Below, piece by piece: positions 1 through 10,740 of a stretch of 64,000 bases of DNA (its first letter is position 1; every line of letters begins with the position of its first letter). The DNA comes from Candidatus Omnitrophota bacterium. GTDB taxonomy: Bacteria; Omnitrophota; Gorgyraeia; Gygaellales; Profunditerraquicolaceae. The notes below the pieces were generated by a model. That model ran no database searches and was not told where the DNA came from. It saw only the letters and a list, made by a program, of their open reading frames with translations. The position numbers were made by a program, and so were the translations under genes. The DNA lies in assembly GCA_041651115.1 (NCBI GenBank), contig JBAZJY010000003.1, positions 194,524-258,523 of the forward strand. The letters run 5' to 3'.

Positions 1-3000
1 ATGGATCAAAGCCATCACATCCTGCAGCTGATCCCGAAAACCGAAAGCCCCGCCGGATTGATAAAAACCGCTTCGCCCCATTAGACGGCAGCTTATAAGC
101 TGATACTGCAACCATCCGTTCACAAGAAAATTTATCGAAGCATCGGACGTTTCCACATACACAACGCCTAAGGTCCGTTTCCAATAATCCCAAACCTTCT
201 CAAGTTCCTGATGCGTCGCATCAATACTGCCAAAACGCCGGACAAGGTCCCGCGCCTCATCCACGGTTTTGCCTGAGCCAAAAGTAAAAACGATCTCTTT
301 CTGCTGGCCATTATCAAGCTCAAATTTGGCCTGTGCAGCAACGCATGGATCAATCCCCGCGCCCACTCTTCCGGAAAGCCTGTCTCTGCGCATGGCAGAA
401 GGCGATGCCATGGTCCCATTTCTTCCGATAAATTCAATCCGGTCTCCGGTAACGAATCGCTTCGGTTCACTTACATCCATAAAAACAACCCTATCCGGAA
501 GTTCTTTGTTATAAGGATTGCGCGCAAACAAAGCTCCGCTTTTAGGATCGATCTCAGTCAAAATATGCATGTGATACTTGTCCCGGAATGTTCCCATAAC
601 CAACTCGCAATAGTCCGTCGCCGAAAGCCGCCTTCGCCGGCCGGAAATATTCCTAATTTTAAGGACCGAGAATTTGACGCGTTCCTCCTGCGAAACAAAA
701 ACCGTTAATTCCGAAACAATCCCGTTTTCAGTATGCTCAAAAACGCTATAGCCAAATCCATGGCGCGAGGTATATTGGGTCTTACCCGTAGCGGGAAGCG
801 GCGTCGGAGACCAGAATCTTCCACTTTCTTCATCGCGAATATAAAGCGCCTCTCCCGAAGCATCCGTAACAGGATCATTCTTACAAGTCGTTAAACGAAA
901 CTCACGCGCATTCTCGCTCCAGGTATAAGCGCTGCCGCTTTCAGAAACCACTGTGCCGAAATTCCGGTTCGCCAACACATTTACCCAGGGAGCGGGGGTA
1001 GTTTTTGAATGTGAAGTCGTGATCACGTATTCCCGGCCATCCCCGGTAAATCCTCCTACGCCATTAAAATAAACAAGATCCGGGCGCTCCGCAAAACCCT
1101 TGTCCTCTTCTTCCGGATCATCTTGCCTAGTCGGAACAAACGGCAGAAAATTCGCCTTTGGGTGCGTCATATCACTCAACTGCTCAGCCAGCGTACCTCC
1201 GCGATCCGAAATAATTATCCGTGCCACCGTTTGCATGAGAATCCGGTCTTCATCTGACATCTGATCGGCGCGCTTTAAAAAAATACCGCCATTCTTCTGC
1301 GCTGTTTCCTTGCTATTGGCAAGGATTAACCCGCTGATTCTTTCCCCCAGACTATCACGATAAATGGAACTATTTTCATTCCATATAATAATATCAACCG
1401 CCAAGCCCTTCATGCGCCAATAAGCATGGGCCTGCAACATCTTAACGACCAGATCGATATTATCCTGATTTTCGATACGCACCAGGACAATCGGCAGGTC
1501 CCCCGAAATACTGTATCCCCAAAGGTCAGACTGGCCGCGGTTATTCCTCCGCAAAATACTCGCGCTCGCCCGCCACGCAGGATTCGCGTACAAAATAGCG
1601 CTTGCAAGCCGGCCGTAAAGTTGGGCGTCGGCTTCCGTAGAATTAATCTGCTGTAAAGCAACCTGCCCGTGAGTCCAGGCTAAATTAAAAACACGGTCAG
1701 CTAAATTCCTATCCCTGTATTTTTCCATGAGCGCTTGCGCGGCTTGCCTGCTTTCGCATATGCCGGTTACATAATCGATCACTGCCGATTCATCCGGCTC
1801 CAATTCAATCTGGCTGCGAATCGAAACAATCGGGTCAAGCACAGAACCCTCGCTATCTGAAAGATGACCGCGGCCATGCATCGCTGCAGGATCAGCCACT
1901 GTGTGCCCTCGCCCGATAAACTTACTGCGTTCTGTTTCATAAGAAGCGCCGACAATGGCATTGCCATGCACCGCCATCAGGTGCAGCATCCAAGGAAACG
2001 CTTCTTTATCCGAACGCGGCCGCCGCTGACAAAGGATCGCCTGATGCGACTTGATAATTTCAGTCTGGACAAACAAATTACTGAATATCCGTTGGGCCTG
2101 ATCGTTTGCGGGATCATTTAATACAACTTCCGCATAACTGGTAATTTCTATAATACGCTTGTTACGTGACCGGTTGGTGATAGTCAGCCGGCGCAGTTCA
2201 ATGTCATCTTCCGGAGAAACCGCAATCTCGGTATGTGTATCGATCTGATAGTCCCGCCGCTTAAACTCCACCCAAGCCTGAGAGAACAAAGCTTCATAAT
2301 GCTTAGGCTTGTTTTGCGTCGGCTGATACGCCGAGGACCAGAACTGGCCGGACTCCACATCCCGGAGATAAATAAAAGTTCCATTATTATCCAATGCAGA
2401 ATCTTCACTCCACCGTGTTACAGCGACATTTTGCCAGCGGCTGTATCCTCCTCCGGAGTTAGTAACCATCACATGGTACCGGCCGTTGGAAAGAGGGTGA
2501 ACTTCAGGCACCGGAGTTTGGGGAGTTGTAAACAGCCGTAAAAGCGTTTCCTTTTCTCCGAATTTCCTAAGCATTCCGGTTACTTCAAAATCATAAAGGA
2601 ACGGTTCGACATTCGGCACTCTCTCTTGAAGAAGAAGTTCAGTAGATTTAAACATGGGGTCCGCAAGAAAACGTCTTTGCATCGGCCGGTCCAAAAGCAC
2701 ATAGGCAAGAGACAACAAGCTCATACCCTGATGATGCGCCATATATGATTTCACGATCGCCCGATTTTCATCCGGAGCAAGGCGCGCCGGCGTGTAATCA
2801 ATGGCTTCGTAAAAGCCGTAGATACCTCCGGCTCCTTCTTCGAATAAACGCTCGAGATTCTTACAGGCCTTCTCCGGCTCCACCATTAAGGCAAGCATCG
2901 AAGCATACGGAGCCACAACCAGATCTTCGGCAAGCCCCCGCTTAAAACCCATGTCCGGGACTCCAAAAGAGTGATATTGATAAATCCTGCTAGCGTCAAC

Positions 3001-6000
3001 CTTATTGTAACCGGACTCTGATATACCCCAGGGAATATTATTTTTGGCCGCATAACGGATCTGGCCGCTAACCGCTGCTTTATATGTCTGGTCCAGCACG
3101 CTTCCTTCGTAGTTCGGCATTACCAAAAGGGGCATGAGATATTCAAACATCGACCCGCCCCAAGAAACCAAAACAGGGTCTCCTTCTACTTTTGCGATCA
3201 TCCGGCCAAGCTTAAACCAATGATCCTGCGGCATTCTTCCTTGAGCAATCGCGACAAAACTGCAAAACCTGGCTTCGGACGCCAGAAGGTCATAACAACC
3301 GGGGTCCACCTTGTGTTCGCTGACATTGTATCCGATAGAAAGAAGGTCCGTACTCTTGTCATACAAAAATTCATATTCAACGCTGGAGATTTCGTTGCAC
3401 CGTAACACGATATAATCGATCGCTTTGATCCTTTCGGCGGACCGTGTCCCGGCTTCTTTGATTGCATCGCGAAGTTTCAATAACCATCCATGCAATCCTC
3501 TCGACTCATCGTCCACAAGAGATATATCCGTCATAATTTTCTCAATCAAAGGAACCAGCATCTGCTCCAGCCTTGCCACTTCCCCAAGCGTAGGGATCTC
3601 ATCTAAATTCCGTAGAGCCTCCCGAAGTTGAACAAGTCGCGCCTGCTGTTCATTATCGCCTGCGTCCCACATCCCCGGCATTTCCGGCGCAAGCAATATC
3701 CAAGGCGCAATATAAGACATGTCTTCCAAAAAGTCGTAACACTGCCGCTCCAAGGCGCGCGCCCAAATTCTGCCTTGCTCATAATGCTTATGATCCGACC
3801 CGGAAAAAACTTTTGAAACATCCTTTGAAAGCTGGCGCAAAAATGCGTAGATCTCCGAAAGACAAACGGAAGTAATTTTCCTTTTTTCCTGAAATTGCGC
3901 GATCCTTTCAGAAATTTCTCGAAAGAACCCGGCGACACTGCTCTTTTGGCTTCTCTCAATCTCCGCGACGCTCTGATGCAGGATCTGCAGGGTATCTTCC
4001 AGCCCGTCGAATATCTTAACAGAAACGATCTTCTGAGAATTCATTTCCGCCAGCCCGGAGCGCAAGATCATTAAATGGCCGGTCAAGTTTCCGCTATCTA
4101 CCGATGAAACATAAAGAGGCTCCAAAGGTTTAAGCGTCTCTGTATCATACCAGTTGTAAAAATTACCCCGATACCTTTGCATAAGATTTAAGGTATCGAA
4201 TGTTTTTTCCGTCCTGTTAAACATCATCCCCATCGAAACATAACCAAAATCGTAGGCTGTCAAATTAGCAAGAAGCGACAGGCCGATATTCGTTGGTGAA
4301 GTCCTATGGGCCAATGCGCTGACAGGCTCCTCCTGAAAATTGTCTAGCGGCAGCCAATGATCCTTTTCGGTAACAAAATTCTCAAAGAACGCCCAGTTCT
4401 TCCGGGCAAAACTCCTGAGAAAAATAATTTGCTCTTTGGAAAGCATGATCTTGCGGGCAGGAGAAGACCGGCTGATCCAATAAGCTACTGCGGGAGAAAC
4501 AAACCACAGGCTTAATAGAACCAGGGCAAGCGCGTCGAAGCGCGGGAAAAATACCGTAAAACAGATTAACAGCAAAACAGCGGTAATCGGTTCAAACAAG
4601 ATATTCTTGTAACAGCTTAGAATATTATTCGGCAAAAAAGCTTCCGCTTCGAAGAAAGTCGTCCATTTCAGCAAATTTCTTCGCGATACAAACATCCTCC
4701 ACAAAGTCCGCGTGATCGCATCCAGACAATAGAAAAATTCATGCAGTAAAAAAACAAGCGAAAAGAAAAACCGGAGTGCGTTCCTTTTAAATAATGACAC
4801 TACCAATCTAAAATGGGTTATAAAAGTAAGGGTTTTGGGTTTTCTCACGGCCTCCGACAGGGACATCGGCACAAGGGGGAAACCGAGAAGAGCAATGACG
4901 AGAGCCGACCACATCCAGGAGGGTTGAAAAAATATCCATCCTGATAAAAGCAGCAAAACTATTGCTAAAGGAACTACGCTGCGCCTTAAGTTATCCGCGA
5001 TCTTCCACTGCGACAAGAAAGAAATCGGGTTTTTTGCTTTTGCGCCGCCGAGGACGCGAACGGAACTGAATAACCAGGGAATGATCTGCCAATCCCCGCA
5101 GATCCAACGGTATCTCCGGCTCAAATCCTTAAGATATCCTGACGGGTATTTTTCGTAAAATTGGACATCCGTCACAAGCCCTGACCGGGCATAACAACCT
5201 TCTAAAAGATCATGGCTCAATATAGAATTTTCCGGAAAACGGCCATCCATGGATCTTTCGAACGCATCCACATCATAAAGCCCCTTCCCGACAAAAGACC
5301 CTTCAAGGAAAAGATCCTGGTAAACATCAGACACCGCTTTGGTATAAGGATCGATTCCTATATCGCCTCCGAAAATTTTCACGAATAGCGAAGGATTTTC
5401 CCCGGGATAGCCGGATTCGACTCTGGGCTGGAGAATCCCGTACCCGGAAACAACCCGTTGTTTTTTTTCGTCATAGACCGGCCGGTTCAAGGGATGCTCT
5501 ATCACGCCCACGAGTTCTCGCGCGGCGTTGCGCGACATCCAGGTATCCGCATCCAAAGTAATGACATATTTAACGTCCTGAAGCCTCTGGGGATCACCGA
5601 TGATCGCGCTGAAACGCCCTTCGCCTTTTCCGCGAAGAAATGCGTTTAAATCCCCTATCTTGCCACGCTTACGTTCGTACCCCATCCATACCTTTTCATT
5701 TTTATTCCACTTGCGGGGCCTATGAAAAAAATAAAAAACGTACTCTTTTTGCCTACGGTATTTATAATTCAACTGCTCGATACCTTCCATAACCTGAGCC
5801 AGAAGCGCTTGATCCTCAGGCATCTTTTCCTGCGCTGCATCAGAAAAATCCGTTAAAAGCGCAAAATCCGTATTGGCGTCAATATTCGCAAGATAACGGA
5901 CCTCTAACCCTTCGAGAAGTGATTCAACCGTCCGCGCATCGCTAATTATACAAGGGACTACGACCAGTGTATGCGCATAAGCAGGAATTCCTTCTGAAAA

Positions 6001-7470
6001 GTCCATCCGGGGAAGGCCCTGGGGGGTAACGAGCATCATAGAAAACCAATTCACCAGAGAAACCGCCGTTTGGCTTGCCGTAAGCAAAAGTAATAACCCA
6101 AATAAAATTTGCCAAGGCAGGGTCAAGACCCCAGCCAACTCTACCCAGTTCAAAATAACTGCGGGTACGACAAAGGTTATAAAGATAATGGAACCAAAAT
6201 ACAAAACAGACGGCCAAAAAGTTTTTTTCGCCGGTAGATACTGAAAGACGGGTAAACGCAGGCCCAATTCGCGGTAGAAAAGCTCTAATCCCCGATCGAT
6301 AAGGTAAAAACCTACATGCGCTGTGGCGTGAGCGGAGCCTTTTTCCGTTTTTGCCGTTTTCGCCATCCGGATCGCAAGTGCCGCAATTTCTTCTTCATTA
6401 ATTTTGCTTCTCAAAGAAAGCTTCTCAACAACATGCCGATAGCGGTCTCGTGTAGCAAAAGACATGCGACTATAATCCCCTGACGGGTCCTGGCCCAAAA
6501 TCTTTTCAACAACACTGATGGTTTCAACAAAACCATGCCAATCAGTGGTCTCTAAAAAACGCAGGCTCCCGATCGTGTTGGCAATCGAAACCTGGTCCTC
6601 CGCCTGTTTTTGGCTAGTCGCCCGGATTATCCTGTCAAGGGTCTCTCCTTGCTCCAAAAGCTTCTTTTCCAGCCAGGCAAAAGGAAGATTGAGCGCCTGG
6701 CTTTGACCATGTAAACGCCGCGTGAATTCCGCGACAAAAGCTTCAGAAAGCAACGGGTTGGCTCTAGACATCGCCGCAATTTCAATGATCACGCCATCAG
6801 TATCTTTAACCGAAACTTTCAGGATCCGCGTCGCCCAGTAATTCGCTTTTTCTCTTTCCGATTGCGCTACGATTAACCGGGAAGAAACGCGCCTTAAGTT
6901 TTCAATAAGAGCTAACCTTAACATAATAGGGATAGCCCACAATTCGCCAAGTTTTAAGTGCTTAAGACTCTGGTAGGCTGTAACAAACTCCAAAAGCCTC
7001 TGACTATCCAGCCGCCCGTCGCTGTGAGAAACAAAATCCATGGCAATCGCATAAACGCGAGGATAACCGGCAAGCGGCCCCTGGAGAAGATAGGGTAACT
7101 GGCGGATATATTTTTCCGGAAGGTGCTTCTGAGCGAGCCTTATTTGCTCCTCAATGAGGTAATAATTATCGAGAAGCCATTCTCCTGCCGGCGAAATCTT
7201 TCGTTTGGATTTACCGGCATCATTGAGGAGCTCATAGATTTCAGCAAGCATTTTTTCATTATTCTTCAGCCTGATTAAAAGCCTGTTGCGCCCCCTTTTG
7301 TAACTGACCAGGTGCCCCTGGGCCAGTTTTTTCGCATGAGCCTTAAACTGCTCAATATTAAAAAGCTCGGCGCGAAGAGGCTGTTCCTCGACGATCCTAT
7401 TCCAATGCAGAACGGCGCTGAGACGCATTTTAAAAAGCAAAATATAGTCTTGAATAAATTTTAGAGACAA
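1..7470 (-). CDS. Cyclic beta-1,2-glucan synthase-like giant protein (GT84-type glycosyltransferase domain plus C-terminal GH94-like domain). It is partial: the C-terminus lies beyond position 1. The start is TTG at 7470 (GGAGG 6 nt upstream) or ATG at 7428.
   Basis: My manual translation of the minus strand from ATG 7428 reads uninterrupted to position 1 (2476 codons) and the frame ends exactly on codon 3..1; the whole region should be re-translated computationally. The gene is absent from the ORF track because it has no stop in the window. The translation shows an N-terminal domain, TM helices, a GT domain with ITLDADTWMS (DxD), more TM helices, and a long C-terminal glycoside phosphorylase-like region. 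Confidence 0.6.
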   Translation of the reverse strand, partial: MSLKFIQDYILLFKMRLSAVLHWNRIVEEQPLRAELFNIEQFKAHAKKLAQGHLVSYKRGRNRLLIRLKNNEKMLAEIYELLNDAGKSKRKISPAGEWLLDNYYLIEEQIRLAQKHLPEKYIRQLPYLLQGPLAGYPRVYAIAMDFVSHSDGRLDSQRLLEFVTAYQSLKHLKLGELWAIPIMLRLALIENLRRVSSRLIVAQSEREKANYWATRILKVSVKDTDGVIIEIAAMSRANPLLSEAFVAEFTRRLHGQSQALNLPFAWLEKKLLEQGETLDRIIRATSQKQAEDQVSIANTIGSLRFLETTDWHGFVETISVVEKILGQDPSGDYSRMSFATRDRYRHVVEKLSLRSKINEEEIAALAIRMAKTAKTEKGSAHATAHVGFYLIDRGLELFYRELGLRLPVFQYLPAKKTFWPSVLYFGSIIFITFVVPAVILNWVELAGVLTLPWQILFGLLLLLTASQTAVSLVNWFSMMLVTPQGLPRMDFSEGIPAYAHTLVVVPCIISDARTVESLLEGLEVRYLANIDANTDFALLTDFSDAAQEKMPEDQALLAQVMEGIEQLNYKYRRQKEYVFYFFHRPRKWNKNEKVWMGYERKRGKIGDLNAFLRGKGEGRFSAIIGDPQRLQDVKYVITLDADTWMSRNAARELVGVIEHPLNRPVYDEKKQRVVSGYGILQPRVESGYPGENPSLFVKIFGGDIGIDPYTKAVSDVYQDLFLEGSFVGKGLYDVDAFERSMDGRFPENSILSHDLLEGCYARSGLVTDVQFYEKYPSGYLKDLSRRYRWICGDWQIIPWLFSSVRVLGGAKAKNPISFLSQWKIADNLRRSVVPLAIVLLLLSGWIFFQPSWMWSALVIALLGFPLVPMSLSEAVRKPKTLTFITHFRLVVSLFKRNALRFFFSLVFLLHEFFYCLDAITRTLWRMFVSRRNLLKWTTFFEAEAFLPNNILSCYKNILFEPITAVLLLICFTVFFPRFDALALVLLSLWFVSPAVAYWISRSSPARKIMLSKEQIIFLRSFARKNWAFFENFVTEKDHWLPLDNFQEEPVSALAHRTSPTNIGLSLLANLTAYDFGYVSMGMMFNRTEKTFDTLNLMQRYRGNFYNWYDTETLKPLEPLYVSSVDSGNLTGHLMILRSGLAEMNSQKIVSVKIFDGLEDTLQILHQSVAEIERSQKSSVAGFFREISERIAQFQEKRKITSVCLSEIYAFLRQLSKDVSKVFSGSDHKHYEQGRIWARALERQCYDFLEDMSYIAPWILLAPEMPGMWDAGDNEQQARLVQLREALRNLDEIPTLGEVARLEQMLVPLIEKIMTDISLVDDESRGLHGWLLKLRDAIKEAGTRSAERIKAIDYIVLRCNEISSVEYEFLYDKSTDLLSIGYNVSEHKVDPGCYDLLASEARFCSFVAIAQGRMPQDHWFKLGRMIAKVEGDPVLVSWGGSMFEYLMPLLVMPNYEGSVLDQTYKAAVSGQIRYAAKNNIPWGISESGYNKVDASRIYQYHSFGVPDMGFKRGLAEDLVVAPYASMLALMVEPEKACKNLERLFEEGAGGIYGFYEAIDYTPARLAPDENRAIVKSYMAHHQGMSLLSLAYVLLDRPMQRRFLADPMFKSTELLLQERVPNVEPFLYDFEVTGMLRKFGEKETLLRLFTTPQTPVPEVHPLSNGRYHVMVTNSGGGYSRWQNVAVTRWSEDSALDNNGTFIYLRDVESGQFWSSAYQPTQNKPKHYEALFSQAWVEFKRRDYQIDTHTEIAVSPEDDIELRRLTITNRSRNKRIIEITSYAEVVLNDPANDQAQRIFSNLFVQTEIIKSHQAILCQRRPRSDKEAFPWMLHLMAVHGNAIVGASYETERSKFIGRGHTVADPAAMHGRGHLSDSEGSVLDPIVSIRSQIELEPDESAVIDYVTGICESRQAAQALMEKYRDRNLADRVFNLAWTHGQVALQQINSTEADAQLYGRLASAILYANPAWRASASILRRNNRGQSDLWGYSISGDLPIVLVRIENQDNIDLVVKMLQAHAYWRMKGLAVDIIIWNENSSIYRDSLGERISGLILANSKETAQKNGGIFLKRADQMSDEDRILMQTVARIIISDRGGTLAEQLSDMTHPKANFLPFVPTRQDDPEEEDKGFAERPDLVYFNGVGGFTGDGREYVITTSHSKTTPAPWVNVLANRNFGTVVSESGSAYTWSENAREFRLTTCKNDPVTDASGEALYIRDEESGRFWSPTPLPATGKTQYTSRHGFGYSVFEHTENGIVSELTVFVSQEERVKFSVLKIRNISGRRRRLSATDYCELVMGTFRDKYHMHILTEIDPKSGALFARNPYNKELPDRVVFMDVSEPKRFVTGDRIEFIGRNGTMASPSAMRRDRLSGRVGAGIDPCVAAQAKFELDNGQQKEIVFTFGSGKTVDEARDLVRRFGSIDATHQELEKVWDYWKRTLGVVYVETSDASINFLVNGWLQYQLISCRLMGRSGFYQSGGAFGFRDQLQDVMALIH

Positions 7471-7615
7471 TGCACGCTCCTCCTAATCTTTAGGTCATTA
7501 TACACTAAAAAACGATCTTTTAGTTAGACAAAATTTTCAAGCAGGAATTGAAATGCAGTCAATGAAGAGAAGAATAATATTGCCGGGGTTTTGTCTCTAA
7601 TACCGATACCAAATT

Positions 7616-8350
7616 CTATTTATCGCGCTTTAGGTTTCTTTCAGCAAACTCCCAATTAATCAATTTATCAATTACTGCCTTCAGGTGGTCGCTGCGCAGG
7701 TTCTGATAATCCAGGTAATAGGCGTGTTCCCACACATCCAGAACCAGGATCGCTTTTCCATTTTTTTGAGAGATCGGATTTTCCGCATTCGCAGTTTTGA
7801 TGATCCTAAGAGTCCCCGCATCTTCGATCAGCCATACCCAACCGCTGCCAAATTGGGCTATGCCTGCTTGGGAAAATTGCTGCACAAAGTTTTCATAACT
7901 GCCGAAGTCAGCCTCGATTTTTTTACCGATCTTTCCCGTAGGCTTACCGCCTCCCTTAGGTGAGAGGCTGTTCCAGTAGAAGTTATGATTCCAAACCTGG
8001 GCTGCATTATTAAAGATAGCTGTCTTATCGGCCTTATCGGCGGTTTTTTCAATCACCTCTTCAAGGGCAAGGCCCACAAACTCAGTGCCTGAAACAAGTT
8101 CATTTAGCTTATTCACATAACCCCGATGATGTTTACCGTAGTGAAAACTCAGGGTTTTCGCGGAAATAACCGGCTGTAAGGCATCTTCTTCATAGGGAAG
8201 CGCCGGCAATACGAAAAGACTTGATTTAACGTCTTCCATCGCCAGGCTCCTTTCCTGGTTAACTTCGGCTTCAGCCTTAATTACCAATATAGGGCAAAAA
8301 AAGATAACATTAAATATAAAAATAATCAATAAAATAAGACTTATTCTCAT
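7616..8350 (-). CDS. sodB: Fe/Mn superoxide dismutase with an N-terminal signal peptide (periplasmic or secreted)
   Basis: 244-aa ORF with motifs [14 protein letters not shown] and DVWEHAYY and a hydrophobic N-terminal leader. Confidence 0.9.
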   Translation of the reverse strand: MRISLILLIIFIFNVIFFCPILVIKAEAEVNQERSLAMEDVKSSLFVLPALPYEEDALQPVISAKTLSFHYGKHHRGYVNKLNELVSGTEFVGLALEEVIEKTADKADKTAIFNNAAQVWNHNFYWNSLSPKGGGKPTGKIGKKIEADFGSYENFVQQFSQAGIAQFGSGWVWLIEDAGTLRIIKTANAENPISQKNGKAILVLDVWEHAYYLDYQNLRSDHLKAVIDKLINWEFAERNLKRDK

Positions 8351-8753
8351 AAAATCCCTCTGCGTCTCTAAGGAAACAGCTTAAATGCACCGCGCCCTGG
8401 GCGACCGAGCCGCAGGCGAGGAAGTCCCTTTAGGGAGGGCGCTCCCACATCTCGCGTGCCCCATTCGCCCCGCTTAGGAGCGGGGCTCATTCGGCGCCAG
8501 CCTTGGCCGGCTGGCTTCTTGCTAATGCAATGCGTGTGCGGCGTGGCCGCCGCTCTACAACAATAGAAGAATCCACGGTCGCGGCGTGCGTCCTCGCTTC
8601 AGCTATCCCTAACCTTAAAAACAAAAATTTTCTTAGGAAAGAAGCTCGGCCGCTTCCCGCTCTACAACCAGAGAAAATCCAGGGTCGCGGGATGCCCCGC
8701 CTCTTGCGGGCAGTGCTTCAAAGAACTGCTTTGGCGGGGCGCGGCCCCCACCC

Positions 8754-8822
8754 CGCGCCCCGCCTAGCGCTATCTTTTCAAAAAACTGGCGAAATTTTTA
8801 GGGGAGGAAAGTCTGTTTACTT
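8754..8822. repeat. GC-rich direct repeat copy A, about 70 bp, roughly 85 percent identical to copy B at 10255-10323
   Basis: cgcgccccgcctagcgctatc(t/c)ttt caaaa..actg(g/c)cg(a/c)aatttttagggg..., preceded by GC hairpin GGGGCGCGG/CCGCGCCCC. Confidence 0.7.
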
Positions 8823-9866
8823 CACTCCTAAAAGTGTACTAACTTTATTTAAATTCATCGCCATATATTTTGCAATAAATGTAATTATGGCACCGACTAA
8901 GGCTATTATCAATCCTGCTAAAATTGAATCCTTATTTTTATCCCAGAATGATCGTTCTCTATCTCCTAAGTAAATTATCGCCTTTGGAAACCAACTTTTA
9001 TAAATTTTAGCTAAGATTAACAACGCCAAAACAGATATTGTAATTAAAGCTACCCTTGCGGTAATAGAATTAATTGATGGCAAAATGACAAGAACAAATA
9101 AAAAAATAATACTGTTAATCATTGGTCCATATTTAGTGAAGAATACTGTAGATTTACTTTTATATCTACTTATGTAATCTTCTATTTCGGCTGCCCTACC
9201 GTTAACCCATGTAGGATTATCTCCGCTAATAGATGCATTGTTATCATCAGCGGGCTTAAAATTAAGATTTACTACTTTATATCCACTCTGTGCGCTAGGC
9301 TCGTTGAATGAGATTGTCATATCGTTTATTATTCTTGGAAGTGCAGTGTCCTTTATAAATGCGTCAAGCCCCATTTTAAAAAAGGATGAACCCCTATAAT
9401 TTATCACAAACGTCGGCTGAACATTCGGAGCTATATCCTTCATCATCAGAGCCAAAAGTCCACCTAATTCTCGTGCATCCATTTTACAAGCCGGTAATTT
9501 AATGGGCTTAGAGATAAAAGCTGTAGGGGCAGGATTTAGAAATACTTCTTTATGTTTGAACAGGTGCAATGTTCCTTTAGTGCCGATATCAGTGCTCCAT
9601 TCTCCTTTTATTTCTTCTCCTGATTCTCCTATTTCTCCTTTCAAATTTGCTGATTTTGGATTACCTTCTGTATTTGGCGTAAAATCAAAAACTTTGCCAG
9701 TAAATTTATTATCTTTTATTTCTAATTCTAGTTTACCGTTTAAGTTTTGGTATTTAATATCATGAATAAAAAACGACCCTTCAGTTTTACCTTCTTTTTC
9801 TTGAAGATCCAAAACGCATTGCCCTTTATTTGTACCATCAATAATGCCGATCCATTTACCTTTCAT
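8817..9866 (-). CDS. Hypothetical protein with an N-terminal soluble domain of about 235 aa and three C-terminal TM helices, encoded in an AT-rich cassette
   Basis: 349-aa ORF; strongly AT-rich compared with its surroundings; C-terminal hydrophobic helices; I recognise no known family. Confidence 0.55.
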   Translation of the reverse strand: MKGKWIGIIDGTNKGQCVLDLQEKEGKTEGSFFIHDIKYQNLNGKLELEIKDNKFTGKVFDFTPNTEGNPKSANLKGEIGESGEEIKGEWSTDIGTKGTLHLFKHKEVFLNPAPTAFISKPIKLPACKMDARELGGLLALMMKDIAPNVQPTFVINYRGSSFFKMGLDAFIKDTALPRIINDMTISFNEPSAQSGYKVVNLNFKPADDNNASISGDNPTWVNGRAAEIEDYISRYKSKSTVFFTKYGPMINSIIFLFVLVILPSINSITARVALITISVLALLILAKIYKSWFPKAIIYLGDRERSFWDKNKDSILAGLIIALVGAIITFIAKYMAMNLNKVSTLLGVK

Positions 9867-9917
9867 AGTTTCACCTCTTTGTTCTATTCATCAACAAATA
9901 ATTCTGCCTCTATTTTT

Positions 9918-10217
9918 TTATTTCCTCATGAATAATCTTAATAAAATATCTATCAATGCTGCCAAAGCTATTATTGCAGTCAAACAAAGATTAATTCTTG
10001 AAAGTTTTTCGTTAGATTTTGACAACTTTTCATTAGATTTCTGCATTTTCTCTGTTTGCAAACACAACGCTTCTTTTAAAATTGCGATTTCACTACTTAA
10101 GAATCTGATGCTTTTGGATTGCAGAACTGCTTCGGCGGGTGAAGCACTTGTTGGATCAGTAACCCTAGAAAGGAGCTCTTCTATTTCATCAATTGACATT
10201 TTAGCTAAATTATTCAT
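9918..10217 (-). CDS. Small hypothetical protein with coiled-coil character, an internal EKLSKSN repeat and a single C-terminal TM helix
   Basis: 99-aa ORF with AAGGAG 5 nt upstream of its ATG; directly upstream of 8817..9866 in the same orientation. Confidence 0.5.
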   Translation of the reverse strand: MNNLAKMSIDEIEELLSRVTDPTSASPAEAVLQSKSIRFLSSEIAILKEALCLQTEKMQKSNEKLSKSNEKLSRINLCLTAIIALAALIDILLRLFMRK

Positions 10218-10254
10218 TTATTCTCCTTTTTTACTGCTTGTGCGCGACTGGGTA

Positions 10255-10323
10255 CGCGCCCCGCCTAGCGCTATCCTTTCAAAATACTGCCGCAATTTTT
10301 AGGGGGAAGAAATTGTTACTTTT
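10255..10323. repeat. GC-rich direct repeat copy B (partner of 8754-8822); in minus orientation it carries the RBS/promoter region of the 99-aa gene
   Basis: Alignment to copy A; preceded by hairpin GCGCG actgggta CGCGC. Confidence 0.7.
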
Positions 10324-10653
10324 CAAAAAATTCGAAAATATAAAATTTTTATTTCACACAAACATAGAAATTCTACAATCAGGCCAATAAAGAATCGTTT
10401 TTTCGTCTTTTTTGACGAACCCTCTAATAGGACCATCTTGTGAAAGCACAAAAGAAACAGCACCATAAAAATCACCTATAAAATCTATAGCAGAATTATG
10501 CCTTCTACCAAAGACGCTCGTATTAAGTTCTTGCCGAGCTGTGCAACATATTCACGAAACAGCGAAAATGGCGGATTAGTCACAACAATATCAGCTTCTT
10601 TGAGTAGCTCAATACATTCCACCCACATCGTCGAAAACCGAGGAAATAAAAAA

Positions 10654-10733
10654 TGGGGTGGCTGACGGGGATCGAACCCGCAAAACCTCTAGAGCCACAG
10701 TCTAGCGCTCTGACCAATTGAGCTACAGCCACC
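10654..10733 (-). tRNA. tRNA-His (anticodon GTG) with encoded G-1 and CCA
   Basis: Reverse complement reads G-GTGGCTG TA GCTCAATTGGTCAGAGC ... CTGTGGC loop ... TTCGATC ... CAGCCAC C CCA. Confidence 0.85.
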
Positions 10734-10740
10734 ATATTTA

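Noticed and set aside
1-7450. The absence of long ORFs in the track over 7.4 kb suggested an alternative genetic code or noncoding DNA
   Set aside because: Manual translation of the minus strand gives one continuous standard-code ORF that runs off the window edge. The ORF track evidently omits ORFs without an in-window stop.
8503-8973. 156-aa plus-strand ORF
   Set aside because: It lies within the GC-rich hairpin/repeat block and the tail of the neighbouring gene; the amino-acid composition is Arg/Ala-rich as expected from GC-rich DNA; there is no RBS.
10595-10620. A gtagctcaat match to the tRNA-His D-arm on the opposite strand
   Set aside because: It is only about 10 nt long and consistent with chance.
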